A DNA stretch of 63,925 bases, filler included, from an uncultured bacterium (GTDB taxonomy: Bacteria; CAYUVA01): the NCBI GenBank assembly GCA_964448115.1. It is 3 parts of 3 records of this genome, joined end to end, with 100 filler letters (N's around TTAATTAATTAA, not from the genome) between each part and the next. Parts side by side here need not be neighbours in the genome. Positions count along the whole stretch, not along the records: positions 1 to 29,794 come from CAYUVA010000047.1; 2 more parts are not named here. One strand, given 5' to 3'. The notes beneath the pieces are model-generated. The model saw only the letters and a program-made list of their open reading frames with translations, ran no database searches and was not told the origin of the DNA. A program made the translations under genes and the position numbers. Shown piece after piece: positions 1-10,687 of the stretch (positions are counted from its first letter, which is position 1; each line of letters begins with the position of its first letter).

Positions 1-51
1 CCCTGATAAATCAGGAGCCTAATAGCCACAAAATTACTGTCTGAATCACAG
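1..51. mobile_element. Insertion sequence end (terminal inverted repeat 34-51) followed by the 8-bp target duplication AACCCAAC (52-59)
   Basis: 34-51 TTACTGTCTGAATCACAG is the exact reverse complement of 59395-59412 CTGTGATTCAGACAGTAA; both are flanked on the outside by AACCCAAC. Confidence 0.8.
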
Positions 52-208
52 AACCCAACATAGTTTAGTATTTTTTCCATCGCCCTAATTCCTTCCATTT
101 CCTTTATTTATATTTGTGGCTCAAACACAGGAAAGTTTCAAGGGAATGACAGTAGCATAATCAACCATGCGCAAGAGTTACATGTTTTCAAAATAAGAAG
201 CTTATTTG

Positions 209-217
209 TGCTATAAT
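209..217 (+). promoter_or_regulatory. Extended -10 promoter TGcTATAAT, probably driving a leaderless mRNA
   Basis: TG-n-TATAAT ends at 217; in-frame ATG at 224; no Shine-Dalgarno sequence between them. Confidence 0.5.
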
Positions 218-223
218 CCACCC

Positions 224-1138
224 ATGTTTAAGGCTGTTGTTATCCCTTGCGGAATCACCATCATCCTGACCATGATTATTTTCCCCTGGGTAAATACCAG
301 CTACTTTATTATGGCTGCCTACTATGATGCGGTAGGAAATAAGAACCAGCAGATTAAATATTTACAGAGACTTGAGGGTGTTACCTCAGCGCGATCTGCA
401 CTGCATGAGCTAGCGGTGAAACGCAGGGCAGATGCGCTCTTTATGTGCATTCTACGCTCGCATGTCAAAGGCGATCAGCCCCAGATCGAAGGCTACGAAA
501 AAGATCTCACCTGGATGATAAACAATCTTGTTGCAAGTAAAAAGCCGATTGGCTTGTATCTTCACCTGCTGTATGCGCCGAAGCGGACCATCTATCAGCG
601 GCTGGTCTCCATGTCGCGGGTCGATGCGCTGGCAGCGGCGGCACTTATTGATATCTATTGGCAAAGCGGGTGGCTGCATGGAATGGATATGACCCTGCGC
701 GAGGCTCGAATGCGCTTCCCCGAAGCGCTGGAGCCGCTGGCGGTCTATTGCAGCAAGATAGCCATCTGCGGCGATGCGAATTACGCCAGGGAGCTTATGG
801 CAAAGCATGAAGCCAGGTTCATGGACAGAGCCGATTATTGGCTGATGCGAGCGTTTATAGAAGTAATAGACCGCGAGGCAGGGGCTGCACAGTATGCTCT
901 CTGGCGCTGCATCGAGATTGAGCCATCCAATGCGATTGCGCATCGCCTGGTGCGAGCGCTCTCCGAGACTGGTGTTGACAGCGCTTTTACTGAGCCGGCT
1001 CTATCGTCCTTGCTCCACAGGCAGCCGAAGGTTTATCCGCTAAGGCGCGCCTTTTTCCATCTTCTAGCGCTCGATGGCATCGCCGTCTCTGCTGACGAAG
1101 AGATGCTTCCCATTAGCAGCCTGATAAACAGATGGTAA
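224..1138 (+). CDS. Hypothetical membrane-anchored TPR-like helical protein
   Basis: ORF 206..1138 with ATG at 224 preferred; N-terminal hydrophobic segment; TPR-like pattern (AQYALWRCIEIEPSNAIAH). Confidence 0.6.
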   Translation: MFKAVVIPCGITIILTMIIFPWVNTSYFIMAAYYDAVGNKNQQIKYLQRLEGVTSARSALHELAVKRRADALFMCILRSHVKGDQPQIEGYEKDLTWMINNLVASKKPIGLYLHLLYAPKRTIYQRLVSMSRVDALAAAALIDIYWQSGWLHGMDMTLREARMRFPEALEPLAVYCSKIAICGDANYARELMAKHEARFMDRADYWLMRAFIEVIDREAGAAQYALWRCIEIEPSNAIAHRLVRALSETGVDSAFTEPALSSLLHRQPKVYPLRRAFFHLLALDGIAVSADEEMLPISSLINRW

Positions 1139-2457
1139 AAGAGCAAGCAAATATCGACCTGGCGGTTTTCGCGCTGCTTATCACGGGGATGATCCTGTGC
1201 CTATTTCTGCTGCCGCCATTCATGGGAGCTGATGAGTTGGGGCACTATCGCGCTGTAATGGCTAAAGAAAATATGGATAAGCAATCCCTTTCATCGCTGA
1301 ACCATGCGCTGATAGAAAGCAATTACTACTACCTATCTCACCTGCCTGGCGAGGAATCACGGCGGGGAGCCATCGATGAGCCGGGCAAGTATCCGCTGGC
1401 GCACCGGATGGAGCATCGGGTGCCCTGGCTCTATTATAAGCTCCTGGCAGCGCTATTGCCTTTAGGCAGTGATCATAAGGTCAATCTATATCTTTGTCGA
1501 ATAGTCTCATTCGCGCTCGGTTTAATATTTTTTGTATGCACATTTTTGCTTCTGGGCAGGCGGTTTAGTGATGCATTGAACCCGGCTGTGCTGCTTTTAC
1601 TATTCCCGCAGCTTCTTATCTTGTTGATATCGGTTAATGCTGATTCTGCGTTGCTGGCGCTGGCGGGCACCTATTTCCTGATCGCCTGGCAGCTATGCGA
1701 GAAGCGAGCATGGAGACATCTATTAGCCATTTTGATAAGCCAGTTACTCATGCTATGCACCAGGAGAACCGGCTTGTTCTTCATGCCGGCAACCATCTAT
1801 CTCATGGTAATGATGCTTTGGGGAGCTTACAGCGAAAAAGGGAAGCACTCCATGCGCAAACTAGGGGAGGGACTGTTGTTTATCTTTTCGCTGATCTGTC
1901 TTGGCTTATGGTTTTTTTATTATTTAATCAAGCTCTATCCGAGCCAATTTTATGATATTTTATCAAGCCTTTTTCGGGATCTAGGTCAGTTCATGTCGAG
2001 CCTGGTCGCGCTTTCCATTCCCCCGCCAGGTAAGTTCATCGCTGGATTCAAATTCATGCTCAAGACAGCCGTATTCTATCCCGGCAGCGGGCATTACATG
2101 GCGCCAGCGCTTTTAGGATTTCTACCCTGGATGGTGATTTTTGCTATGATGATTCTTTCAACTATCAACCACAAGTGCTTCCTTAATGGCAAAACAAATA
2201 ATAAAAGATTCATCGTAGTATCCATCCTGGTTCTGATATCGAACCTGGCAGGGATCGTCTTATTCCATGTAGCATCGATAGGCTTCTCGCCGCAGGGGCG
2301 CTATCTTTTCCCCAGCATCATCCCCATAATCGTGTTTGCTAGCATCTTTTCATGGCAGCAAAGCACAAGGCGACTGAATGCTCTTCTATTGCTTTTGGGA
2401 TTGCTTACACAGATTTATGCCATTGTTTTACTTATGTTATGGTTTTACCTTTATTGA
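1132..2457 (+). CDS. DUF2142-like polytopic membrane protein, putative GT-C glycosyltransferase
   Basis: PPFMGADELGHY motif after first TM helix, ~11 TM segments, C-terminal QGRYLFP motif. Confidence 0.65.
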   Translation: MVKEQANIDLAVFALLITGMILCLFLLPPFMGADELGHYRAVMAKENMDKQSLSSLNHALIESNYYYLSHLPGEESRRGAIDEPGKYPLAHRMEHRVPWLYYKLLAALLPLGSDHKVNLYLCRIVSFALGLIFFVCTFLLLGRRFSDALNPAVLLLLFPQLLILLISVNADSALLALAGTYFLIAWQLCEKRAWRHLLAILISQLLMLCTRRTGLFFMPATIYLMVMMLWGAYSEKGKHSMRKLGEGLLFIFSLICLGLWFFYYLIKLYPSQFYDILSSLFRDLGQFMSSLVALSIPPPGKFIAGFKFMLKTAVFYPGSGHYMAPALLGFLPWMVIFAMMILSTINHKCFLNGKTNNKRFIVVSILVLISNLAGIVLFHVASIGFSPQGRYLFPSIIPIIVFASIFSWQQSTRRLNALLLLLGLLTQIYAIVLLMLWFYLY

Positions 2458-2467
2458 TGGTAACATT

Positions 2468-2496
2468 TTGACAGAGGGCACGTTCTGTAATAGACT
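2468..2496 (+). promoter_or_regulatory. sigma70-type promoter
   Basis: TTGACA-17 nt-TAGACT upstream of the CDS starting at 2563. Confidence 0.55.
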
Positions 2497-2562
2497 GCAC
2501 ATTATAGGAAGGTCCTTTATACGAGGATAGCTCATTGGACTTTACAAGGGGTAAGTCAAGCC

Positions 2563-5500
2563 ATGAGAAGGTCGATTTTAGCCTGTATGTATCTTGCATT
2601 GATATTCCTGTCACCGTTACACGGTTGGGGGATAAATTATACGGTTGGTCATAGTGGCGAAGTTGATTTCAATACTATTACCGATGCTTTGAACCAAGCC
2701 ACCGCTGGCGACAGTATTCTAGTGGAGCCTGGTGTTTATAATCCTGGAAGCGGGGAGATCTTTCCCTTGAACATGAAGGATGATGTGCAACTAATGTGGG
2801 CAGAGCCTGGAAATTTCCCCATAATCGATGCCGAGCATACTGAACAAGTTCTAAACTGTAACATGATCGCAGGACATGAATCTTTCATTGAAGGCTTTGT
2901 ATTCAAAAGAGGAAAATCAACGAGCTATGGCGGTGGACTATATTTTTACGGCTCTTGGCTTGAACTAAATAGATGTATAGTTGCTGAAAGCTATGCTAAA
3001 TATGGCGGTGGCATTTATTGCTCAAACTCCAACCTCACATTAAAGCATTGCATCATCACTCGTAATTATGCTTCAGTAGCCGGCGGAGGGGTCTATGTAT
3101 CCTTTGATGCTGATCTTAATATGATAAACTCAATTATCTGGTCCAATAGCCAAGATATTTATACCAATGATGCTCCGGTCAACCTTTCCCACTGCGTGGT
3201 TGGCAGCGAGGCTTGGCTAAAGGGAGAAGGTAGCGGCAACCTGTTCACCTGCCCGATGTTCTTCGATCCCTTGAACGATGACTATCAGCTCAACTCTTAC
3301 TCGCCGTGCATAGATCGCGGTATCGACTATGGGCAGTGGTATGCGGGGTTGCAACCCGATATCGGCGCCGTGGAGATGTTCTATACAGGTGCGCCGGCTA
3401 TGCCGACACCATGCGTGCTCAATGTCGGGCATACTCATGGATATACTACGATCTCCGAGGCTCTGCAGGCGTGCAATATCCCTGGCACTTTAATCTATAT
3501 CCACGAGGGGATGTATGATGCAAGCAGGAATGAGCAGTTCCCACTGGTGCTTTACGGGGTGAGCCTGATCGCCGTGGATGATGATTTGCCCGGGGATTAC
3601 AATGTCTCCATTGTCGGCGATGGGCTTAACCCGGTCATCTTCTCTGACTCGACTTATGACTTCAACATAACCGGGTTGAAGATAAGCAGTGGTGGAGATG
3701 GTGGGATACGGCTTTTAGGCAGTTCCCCGAAGATAGAACAGTGCCAGCTAACCTACAACAACAGCAACAATAACGCAGGAGGCATCCACCTGGAGAGTGC
3801 CAATCCTCGCATCAAGGAGTGCCTGCTCATGCATAACCAGAGCACTATGGGAGCTGGTGGAATTCAGTTCATCAATTCAAATGCTTTGGTTGAAGACTGT
3901 ACTATTGCATGCAACAATAGTTTTGGAGATCGTGGTGGGGGGATGAGAGCCGAGAACTCCCGCATGGTGATAAGAGAGTGTTATATTGTGGATAACACTG
4001 CATATTACGGTGGTGCTGGTGCGAGCATAATAGATAATTCCTTGCCAACATTCATAAACTGTGTTTTCTCGGACAATTATGCGGATGATATGGGAGGTGC
4101 CATCGGGGTCTTCAACTCCGATTACACGCTCAAACATTGCACAATTGCTAATAATTCCGTACCCATCTACACTCAAGGTGGTGCAATCTGGTGCGATATC
4201 AATTCTATCGGAACTATGGTTAATAGCATCCTATGGAACAATCATCCCGACCAGATATATGCCCCAAATCTACAGGATGTCTCCTACAGTTGCATCGAGG
4301 GAGGCTATGCCGGCGTTTCCATAATTGACTCAGATCCGCTATTCGTAGATGGCAACTTTGACTTCCACATAACCGAGCTATCCCCCTGCAAGGATACCGG
4401 CACCCCTATTGATGTCTTCAAGGATATCGATGATGAGGCAAGACCGGACCCTATTTACGAATCATACGATATGGGAGTCGATGAGAAGCATCTGCCCACC
4501 CCGACACCGAGCCCCACGGATACGCCAACGCCAAGCGCGACTCCAACCAACACCAGCACACCCACGGCTACCAATACAAACACCCCCTCAGGAACACCGA
4601 CTGGGACTACAACCAATACACCTACTCCAAGTGGACTTCCAACCGATACGCCCTCAGCCACGCCGACTGCATCCCATACCCCATCACCGACTGGTACTTA
4701 CACCGATACTCCAACGGTTACAGCAACAAGCACCCCGAGCCCGACTGATACTCCCACCCGTACACCAACTTCGACACCAAGCCGAACGCCCTCCAATACA
4801 GCTACCGATACCCCGACCCGCTCGTTTACCCCAACTCCGACCAATACCCCGCCAGAGATAACCGCCACCCCGACCATGACCATAACCCCATATCTATCGA
4901 GCACCCCGACCATGACCCCGACCGAGACCATCTCTCCATCACCGACCAGAACGCCAACCGGCTTGCCCACCGAGACGCCGACCAGCACACCGACGGTAAC
5001 ATCGACCGGCATGGCGACCTTCCCCCCGACTCCTTTCCCTCCCAATCCTCCGATCCTGTATGCAGAGCCACCATTCACTAAGGGAGTAACCAACACCATA
5101 AGCTGGAGCGATCAAGCGCCCAGCGGAGCCGTATATTACAAGGCGCTCTGTGCCTTGGACATAAACTTTACCACTGTCATCGAGCGGGTGCATACTACAG
5201 ATCTAAACGCGACCTTCCATATTCTCGCCGATAGGGGAAGGTATTACTACAAGGTGCGAGCCTACAATGAAGCCGATGCAGCCAGCGACTGGTCCAACAT
5301 AGTAACCTCCACGCAGGATGATAGCCCACCCTTTACCCTGCTTACTGACAATCCCGATGTAATCGGCTCCCCCCTTCTAGGACTTAACCTACACTCTTAT
5401 GATGCCGTAAGTGGGGTAACTAGCATAAGGTTATTCTATAGCTACCAGGATGAGTATGACTGGCAGCAGGTGCCGATGGTCTTCTCCGTGTTCCCGCCGA

Positions 5501-7224
5501 TCATTTTCAATGCCTTGAATGCAAGGGGAGCCGGTCTTTACCATTTCTATACCCTCGGCACTGACCTGGTGGGCAACGAGGAGCACAAGGAGACCATCCA
5601 GGGAGAAACGGTGCTTTTCGATATACCTATTAGCGATAACTTCGAGGCAGGGATGGGGGACTGGGAGCCTTACCAAGAAAGTAACTCCAATATCCTCGAT
5701 ATGCCACCGGTTTCCGATGAACAGGCGCACTCCGGCAATTATAGCCTTAAGTTCGAGCAGCCAGCAGAGGGTATTCAGTATATGATGGATGAACCTCAAA
5801 CCACCAAGCATTACTATTACTTCTACGATACCATGAGCGATGGGAGCTTCTGGGGAGGCATTTATACACTGGGCGGAGAAAAGGTAGGTGGCGAGCGGGA
5901 GATCGGGGTCAACTTCGGGCTGTTCCCATTCACTTATAGCATAGGGATCGGCTTTAATAAAGGTTGGGTCGATACCGGCATCCAGAGGACGCCGGGGTGG
6001 CATCTGGTCGAGTTCACCTACCAATACGAGCAGGGAGAGCTAGTACTATACATATACCTGGAATCAGGGGGTGTGCTGCACCAGGTCTATCGGGAGACAG
6101 GGGCTGGAGCCTATAACAAGATCTTTTACACTACCCCGTCCGAGGAGCCGGGGCTTTACTATCTCGATGATGTCAATGTGGATACAGAAGCTCCCCTATG
6201 GCAAGGCTCGCAGGGGATACAAACCATAGCGAGTCTGCCCGACTGCTCGGTGGGGATTCTATGGTCGGTTGCCGAGGACAGGTACTCGCCGCCGGTGAGA
6301 TACCGGCTGTACAGGGGAACCCAGCCGGATGACCTGCATCCGATCGCAACCACATACTACCCCAGTAAGATAGATCGCGGTTTGCAATCCGGAAGCGAAT
6401 ACTTCTATAATGTAAAGGCATTAGATTCATCACCGATGGCTAATATCGCCGATAGCAATGTAATAAAGAGCGTTGTGGCTGTAGATATGACATCGCCGGT
6501 GCTTAGGAATCCCGCCCCGCGCTATGGAGAGGATAACATCCTGCCCAACGCCTATACTTCGGTTGACATGCTCGATTTTTGCAGCGGAGTGGATGCCGGC
6601 TCCATCGCGGTCTGGATCAATAACCACCGGGTCTATCCGCTGCTTATACCGATATATAATGGCTATCGTATAATTTATCACCCTGATGAGCCTTATGCTC
6701 CGTTATCTTATGTCTCAGTTCGTATCGTAGGCTGCGATTTCGAGGGCAATTGCCTCGATGAGCAGTACAACTTCCGCACCCGGGCATCGACTGCTGAGCC
6801 GATAACGCCAACCATGACGCCGATAGCCACCGCCACCCGGACACCAACGCCATCGGCATCGATAACTGCCACCAATACAATGACGGCAACACCGACCGCA
6901 ACAGCCACCCCACTGCCGAGCGCATTTTTGATCGCTGGATACTGGGATACCTATATCAAGCACGATACAAGCAGCCTGCTAAGTATAGTCGCATTGCCGG
7001 TCAAGCTCTCCATCGATGAATGTTCGGTGAGCATCTACTTTGGAGGCATGGATACCGGCGTTGATCTGCTCCCGGATACGCCGTTCGGGGGGGCATTCGG
7101 GATGGTTGCTGTCATCGAGGCTGGGAGCGTACCGAGCCAGAGGTTGCTGGTCGAGTATGCACTGCAACCACGGGATTCAACCGCATTGTTGGATTTTTTC
7201 CCCTATCTTAATGTGGGTGAATAA
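2563..7224 (+). CDS. Large secreted modular protein: two DUF1565/right-handed beta-helix modules, Pro/Thr linker, FN3-like and Ig-like domains, conserved C-terminal PYL domain
   Basis: Signal peptide; TITDAL/TISEAL..GxY..EQFPL starts; GGGI/GGAI beta-helix repeats; SPCIDxG..DIGA motifs; ends FFPYLNVGE. Confidence 0.8.
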   Translation: MRRSILACMYLALIFLSPLHGWGINYTVGHSGEVDFNTITDALNQATAGDSILVEPGVYNPGSGEIFPLNMKDDVQLMWAEPGNFPIIDAEHTEQVLNCNMIAGHESFIEGFVFKRGKSTSYGGGLYFYGSWLELNRCIVAESYAKYGGGIYCSNSNLTLKHCIITRNYASVAGGGVYVSFDADLNMINSIIWSNSQDIYTNDAPVNLSHCVVGSEAWLKGEGSGNLFTCPMFFDPLNDDYQLNSYSPCIDRGIDYGQWYAGLQPDIGAVEMFYTGAPAMPTPCVLNVGHTHGYTTISEALQACNIPGTLIYIHEGMYDASRNEQFPLVLYGVSLIAVDDDLPGDYNVSIVGDGLNPVIFSDSTYDFNITGLKISSGGDGGIRLLGSSPKIEQCQLTYNNSNNNAGGIHLESANPRIKECLLMHNQSTMGAGGIQFINSNALVEDCTIACNNSFGDRGGGMRAENSRMVIRECYIVDNTAYYGGAGASIIDNSLPTFINCVFSDNYADDMGGAIGVFNSDYTLKHCTIANNSVPIYTQGGAIWCDINSIGTMVNSILWNNHPDQIYAPNLQDVSYSCIEGGYAGVSIIDSDPLFVDGNFDFHITELSPCKDTGTPIDVFKDIDDEARPDPIYESYDMGVDEKHLPTPTPSPTDTPTPSATPTNTSTPTATNTNTPSGTPTGTTTNTPTPSGLPTDTPSATPTASHTPSPTGTYTDTPTVTATSTPSPTDTPTRTPTSTPSRTPSNTATDTPTRSFTPTPTNTPPEITATPTMTITPYLSSTPTMTPTETISPSPTRTPTGLPTETPTSTPTVTSTGMATFPPTPFPPNPPILYAEPPFTKGVTNTISWSDQAPSGAVYYKALCALDINFTTVIERVHTTDLNATFHILADRGRYYYKVRAYNEADAASDWSNIVTSTQDDSPPFTLLTDNPDVIGSPLLGLNLHSYDAVSGVTSIRLFYSYQDEYDWQQVPMVFSVFPPIIFNALNARGAGLYHFYTLGTDLVGNEEHKETIQGETVLFDIPISDNFEAGMGDWEPYQESNSNILDMPPVSDEQAHSGNYSLKFEQPAEGIQYMMDEPQTTKHYYYFYDTMSDGSFWGGIYTLGGEKVGGEREIGVNFGLFPFTYSIGIGFNKGWVDTGIQRTPGWHLVEFTYQYEQGELVLYIYLESGGVLHQVYRETGAGAYNKIFYTTPSEEPGLYYLDDVNVDTEAPLWQGSQGIQTIASLPDCSVGILWSVAEDRYSPPVRYRLYRGTQPDDLHPIATTYYPSKIDRGLQSGSEYFYNVKALDSSPMANIADSNVIKSVVAVDMTSPVLRNPAPRYGEDNILPNAYTSVDMLDFCSGVDAGSIAVWINNHRVYPLLIPIYNGYRIIYHPDEPYAPLSYVSVRIVGCDFEGNCLDEQYNFRTRASTAEPITPTMTPIATATRTPTPSASITATNTMTATPTATATPLPSAFLIAGYWDTYIKHDTSSLLSIVALPVKLSIDECSVSIYFGGMDTGVDLLPDTPFGGAFGMVAVIEAGSVPSQRLLVEYALQPRDSTALLDFFPYLNVGE
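4495..5050 (+). repeat. Pro/Thr-rich low-complexity linker (~185 aa)
   Basis: Imperfect TP/TPT repeats at the protein level. Confidence 0.85.
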
Positions 7225-7279
7225 TAAGCAAATCAATGGATTTAATGGAAACCATTTCATATAGAAAAGGAGATGCAAA

Positions 7280-8722
7280 ATGAAAATCGTGAAGAAGTTG
7301 CTTGTAGGATTAACTGTTCTTGTGATTGTTGGTTTAGTTGTTGGTATTCTCTATTACTTCCACCTGACCCAAGAACCTTTCGGAAGTGCAGAAGAATACT
7401 GGGCGCAAGAGACAAGGGCTAAACTCATGGATGATGTTGTTGGACACTTCAACTACTGGCTAGGCGCTATTGATGTCATGTCTTATGCCAATGCCCCCTT
7501 TTGGAGTCCTGATGAGCCTTATCGGCTGGAGAAGTACACCGAGTGGTGTGAGCAGAACATGTATAATGAATTAATCCTGGATCGAGTTGCACACGGTTAT
7601 TATTCCGATGCTGACTACGGTTTACCAAAAAAGATGCGCGGCATTCCATTAATGGTCGCTCTGCTTGGTGCCGGTATGGCATTCCCTTCGCTCGCTATTA
7701 TCGAGCCGCAGCGCTCAAAGGAGATCTTTTGGAACATGGGTGAGCTAATAGAGTTCTTCCGCGGTCCGCAGTGTTGGATGGATTATGCAATCTATCAAGG
7801 CTGGGGAAGCCCTCTTAGGAATAATGTTATGTGGAAGGGACCATGTATATTTCTAGAGGGGCTTTATGAGCTTATGACTGGCGATAAACGATTTTCCGAG
7901 GAGTTCGTTGCCCTATGCCGCAACCTGTATGAGCTGCATGTTCAGAATATGAACCACCCCAACCATCCTTATGCCGGGGTATGCTGCGAGCCGAATCATT
8001 GGTTTCCGCAATGCAATTCATTCGCCATACTCGGATTGCATATCTATGATAAACTTTATGGGGTAGATGCAAAGCATGGCGTTAAAATCGGGGAAATATA
8101 TGCCCGTGATGTAATTAAGCAGTATAAGGAAAAACTTAGCTCGAAGAAGACCGGATTAGTCTGTCGTAAATATCATCCCCGCGGCAATCAGGTCGATAAA
8201 TACTCGACCACCTTCACAAATGCTCTAGTTATGATGAATTTACATTTCCTTGAGCCTGAATTCACCGAGAAAGGCTACAGGTATCTTCGTGAGAACTTTA
8301 TTAGGGATCTTCCACTTGGCTTAGGGAGTTATGTCATAGAGAATCCTCAGGTTGATGAGAACGGCAATCCGATAAATATAGAATCAGATGATCCTCCTTC
8401 ACTAGGAGAAGCCCAATATGCAATCACATCCATGTTTGCAGCAGCCAGGGAATTCGATGATAAGGAAACCTGGGACAAATTGAACAAGGGATTAACAAAC
8501 CTGTTCCACCCCCATTACACGCAATCGGAGCTTCGTTTCGATGATACCAATCCAGAGATAATCGGTGCTGATGGTTTCACTTTGGGTAAGCTATTGAATG
8601 GGTTCAGCGGATGGATAATGTACGCAAAGGTTCATGTTGGGTGGGAAAAGATATTAACTCACGATTGGTCCAAACACCGGACACCACAGGGAGATTTCCT
8701 GGACACCTCTCCTTGGAGGTAA
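7280..8722 (+). CDS. Linalool dehydratase/isomerase (Ldi/LinD)-like protein with N-terminal signal anchor
   Basis: NNVMWKG..LYELMTGDKRF..AGVCCEPNHWFPQCNS..LHIYDKLYG matches the recalled Ldi core ENIMYKG..LYQLVTG..GIVCEPDNYFVQCNS..YDRLHG. Confidence 0.7.
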   Translation: MKIVKKLLVGLTVLVIVGLVVGILYYFHLTQEPFGSAEEYWAQETRAKLMDDVVGHFNYWLGAIDVMSYANAPFWSPDEPYRLEKYTEWCEQNMYNELILDRVAHGYYSDADYGLPKKMRGIPLMVALLGAGMAFPSLAIIEPQRSKEIFWNMGELIEFFRGPQCWMDYAIYQGWGSPLRNNVMWKGPCIFLEGLYELMTGDKRFSEEFVALCRNLYELHVQNMNHPNHPYAGVCCEPNHWFPQCNSFAILGLHIYDKLYGVDAKHGVKIGEIYARDVIKQYKEKLSSKKTGLVCRKYHPRGNQVDKYSTTFTNALVMMNLHFLEPEFTEKGYRYLRENFIRDLPLGLGSYVIENPQVDENGNPINIESDDPPSLGEAQYAITSMFAAAREFDDKETWDKLNKGLTNLFHPHYTQSELRFDDTNPEIIGADGFTLGKLLNGFSGWIMYAKVHVGWEKILTHDWSKHRTPQGDFLDTSPWR

Positions 8723-8725
8723 TAT

Positions 8726-9637
8726 ATAAAGTATAAGAATAGATTACCGTCCATCGCAGCTATTCTAGTATTGCTTTCAATGCTAGGCAGTGTATCTGCC
8801 AATAATGATGGGGCTGAGAGCTTGTTTCTGCTATTGCCTGGTGGTGATATGGTCTCGGTGAGCTGGGCTTTAGAGCCCGACAATCAATTGTCAGATGAGG
8901 CAGGTAGCTTTGACCGACAGAGCTTCGGAGGTAGCCTGGATCTCCCTATTCCGATTAGTGATCGATTCTTCATATCAACAGGGATTAACTATCAGCAAAG
9001 CAAATATACCTTCACCGATATGGAAATAGATGAGCTAAAATTAACTGCCTTGAGTTTTCCGATTGGTGCTGGGTGTTTGCTAGGCAGCAAATCGTTGATC
9101 TCATTCACCTTCAGTCCTGGCATATTCTCTGATTTCTCAGATACGCTTAATTCCAGTGATTGGTTGATGCAGGGAGATTGTCTTTATGCCCGAAGGTTGT
9201 CTGAGCACTTCCTTTTGATGACCGGCTTATCAGTTGGAGAGGAGTTTCGAGATGTCGGTCTCTATCCTGTGCTAGGCTTTACATGGTTGATGGGCAGTAG
9301 GAGTCGATTGGAATTGATCCTGCCTGTTTACGCCAATTTCGCATATCGCATCACGGATCCGCTCAAGGGCTACATGTTTTTCACCCTCGATGGCTATCAG
9401 TACAACATCGAATACGGCGAGAATAGCGAGACTACCGAGTATGATGGGGCTGTGCAGATCATCAGGTTCGGTGGCGGGTTTTGCTATACAGCTCCGCTTG
9501 GCTTTAGCATCTACCTGGAGGGTGGGATTACCGGCGGTGGTGAGTTCGAGTTCAGGGATCTGCTGGGTAACAAGTACCTGGAACGAAGCGATCCTTCTGG
9601 CTTCGCCTCCATCCGCATCGGGTATACCATACAATAA
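8726..9637 (+). CDS. Outer-membrane beta-barrel protein (DUF6268-like); start probably ATA at 8726 rather than TTG at 8771
   Basis: Amphipathic beta strands, YPVLGFTW and LELILP motifs, C-terminal IRIGYTI; GGAGGT at 8715-8720; the full signal peptide needs the upstream codons. Confidence 0.65.
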   Translation: MKYKNRLPSIAAILVLLSMLGSVSANNDGAESLFLLLPGGDMVSVSWALEPDNQLSDEAGSFDRQSFGGSLDLPIPISDRFFISTGINYQQSKYTFTDMEIDELKLTALSFPIGAGCLLGSKSLISFTFSPGIFSDFSDTLNSSDWLMQGDCLYARRLSEHFLLMTGLSVGEEFRDVGLYPVLGFTWLMGSRSRLELILPVYANFAYRITDPLKGYMFFTLDGYQYNIEYGENSETTEYDGAVQIIRFGGGFCYTAPLGFSIYLEGGITGGGEFEFRDLLGNKYLERSDPSGFASIRIGYTIQ

Positions 9638-9720
9638 CCCACCTCTATAAGTCCTTGAGGGACTTGAAGCCACGGACCTTTAGTCGCTTTATCAATTTAT
9701 CTCCTTTAAGAAAGAGATGT

Positions 9721-10560
9721 TTATCCTATCATATTGCGCAGGCGTTTTACTCTCTCCTCGATGGGTGGATGGGTGCTGAACAGATTCAGTAATCCCTTGC
9801 GGTGCAGCGGATTGATTATGAACAGGTTGGCTGTGGTAGGATTGACCTGCAGCGGTCTTTTTAGTGCATAGCTCTCCATCTTTTCCAGCGCGCTTGCTAA
9901 TGCCCAAGGTTTCTTGGATATCTGCGCTCCGCTGCTGTCTGCCTTGTACTCCCTGGTTCGGGAGATCGCCATCTGTACCAGCACAGCAGCCAGCGGGGCT
10001 ATGATGCTCATAGCGATTAAGCCGAATATGCCACCGCCTTCATCGTCTCTATCTACTCCGCCGAAGATCGCTGCCCACCGTGCCATATTGGCAAGAACCA
10101 TGATAGCGCCTGCAATGGTGGCTGCAACTACAGATATCAGTGTATCTCGATTCTTGACATGTGAGATCTCGTGCGCCAATACGCCCTCTAGCTCCTCGCG
10201 GTCCAGAAGGTTCACGATCCCATTGGTAACTGCAACCGCAGCGTTCTTGGGATTGCGCCCCGTGGCAAAGGCATTAGGCACATCCATAGGGACTATATAT
10301 ACCTTTGGCTTGGGGATGTTGGCTGCATGAGCCAGCTTCTCCACCATCTCGTGCAACCACGGCGCCTGTTCAACGCTGACCTCTTGCGCTTTGTACATCT
10401 TTAGCACCAGCTTGTCCGAGAACCAGTAGGTGAAAAAGTTTATCACCGTGGCAAAGACAAGGGCTATTATCATGGCATTGCGGCCGCCGAGCATCCCGGA
10501 GACGCCGACCAGCAACACGGTTAAAAGCACCATCAAGAAGGTGGTCTTGAGTGTATTCAT
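9721..10560 (-). CDS. htpX: Zinc metalloprotease HtpX (M48)
   Basis: [33 protein letters not shown]. Confidence 0.95.
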   Translation of the reverse strand: MNTLKTTFLMVLLTVLLVGVSGMLGGRNAMIIALVFATVINFFTYWFSDKLVLKMYKAQEVSVEQAPWLHEMVEKLAHAANIPKPKVYIVPMDVPNAFATGRNPKNAAVAVTNGIVNLLDREELEGVLAHEISHVKNRDTLISVVAATIAGAIMVLANMARWAAIFGGVDRDDEGGGIFGLIAMSIIAPLAAVLVQMAISRTREYKADSSGAQISKKPWALASALEKMESYALKRPLQVNPTTANLFIINPLHRKGLLNLFSTHPPIEERVKRLRNMIG

Positions 10561-10687
10561 CCTTTCGCTTCCTCCTTATTGTTCGTTTCTCATTTTACCT
10601 TATATAACAATCTTATGTTAAAAAAGCTCCTTTTTTTGGTCAAATATCGTATCGATATTTTCTAAAAAAAGCGGTAGAAAATCACTT

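Noticed and set aside
1-80. Minus-strand ORF start MEKILNYVGFCDSDS..
   Set aside because: It runs straight through the target duplication into the IS terminal repeat; most likely a chance open frame.
4495-5050. Tandem ACx-CCx repeats as a possible CRISPR array or DNA repeat element
   Set aside because: The repeats are degenerate at third codon positions and lie in-frame in Pro/Thr linkers; there is no repeat-spacer structure and no cas genes.
4409-5193. Val/Gly-rich and Arg-rich alternative ORFs over PT linkers (also at 6708-6908, 29656-29850, 53946-54290, 56206-56421)
   Set aside because: Shadow frames of low-complexity coding sequence.
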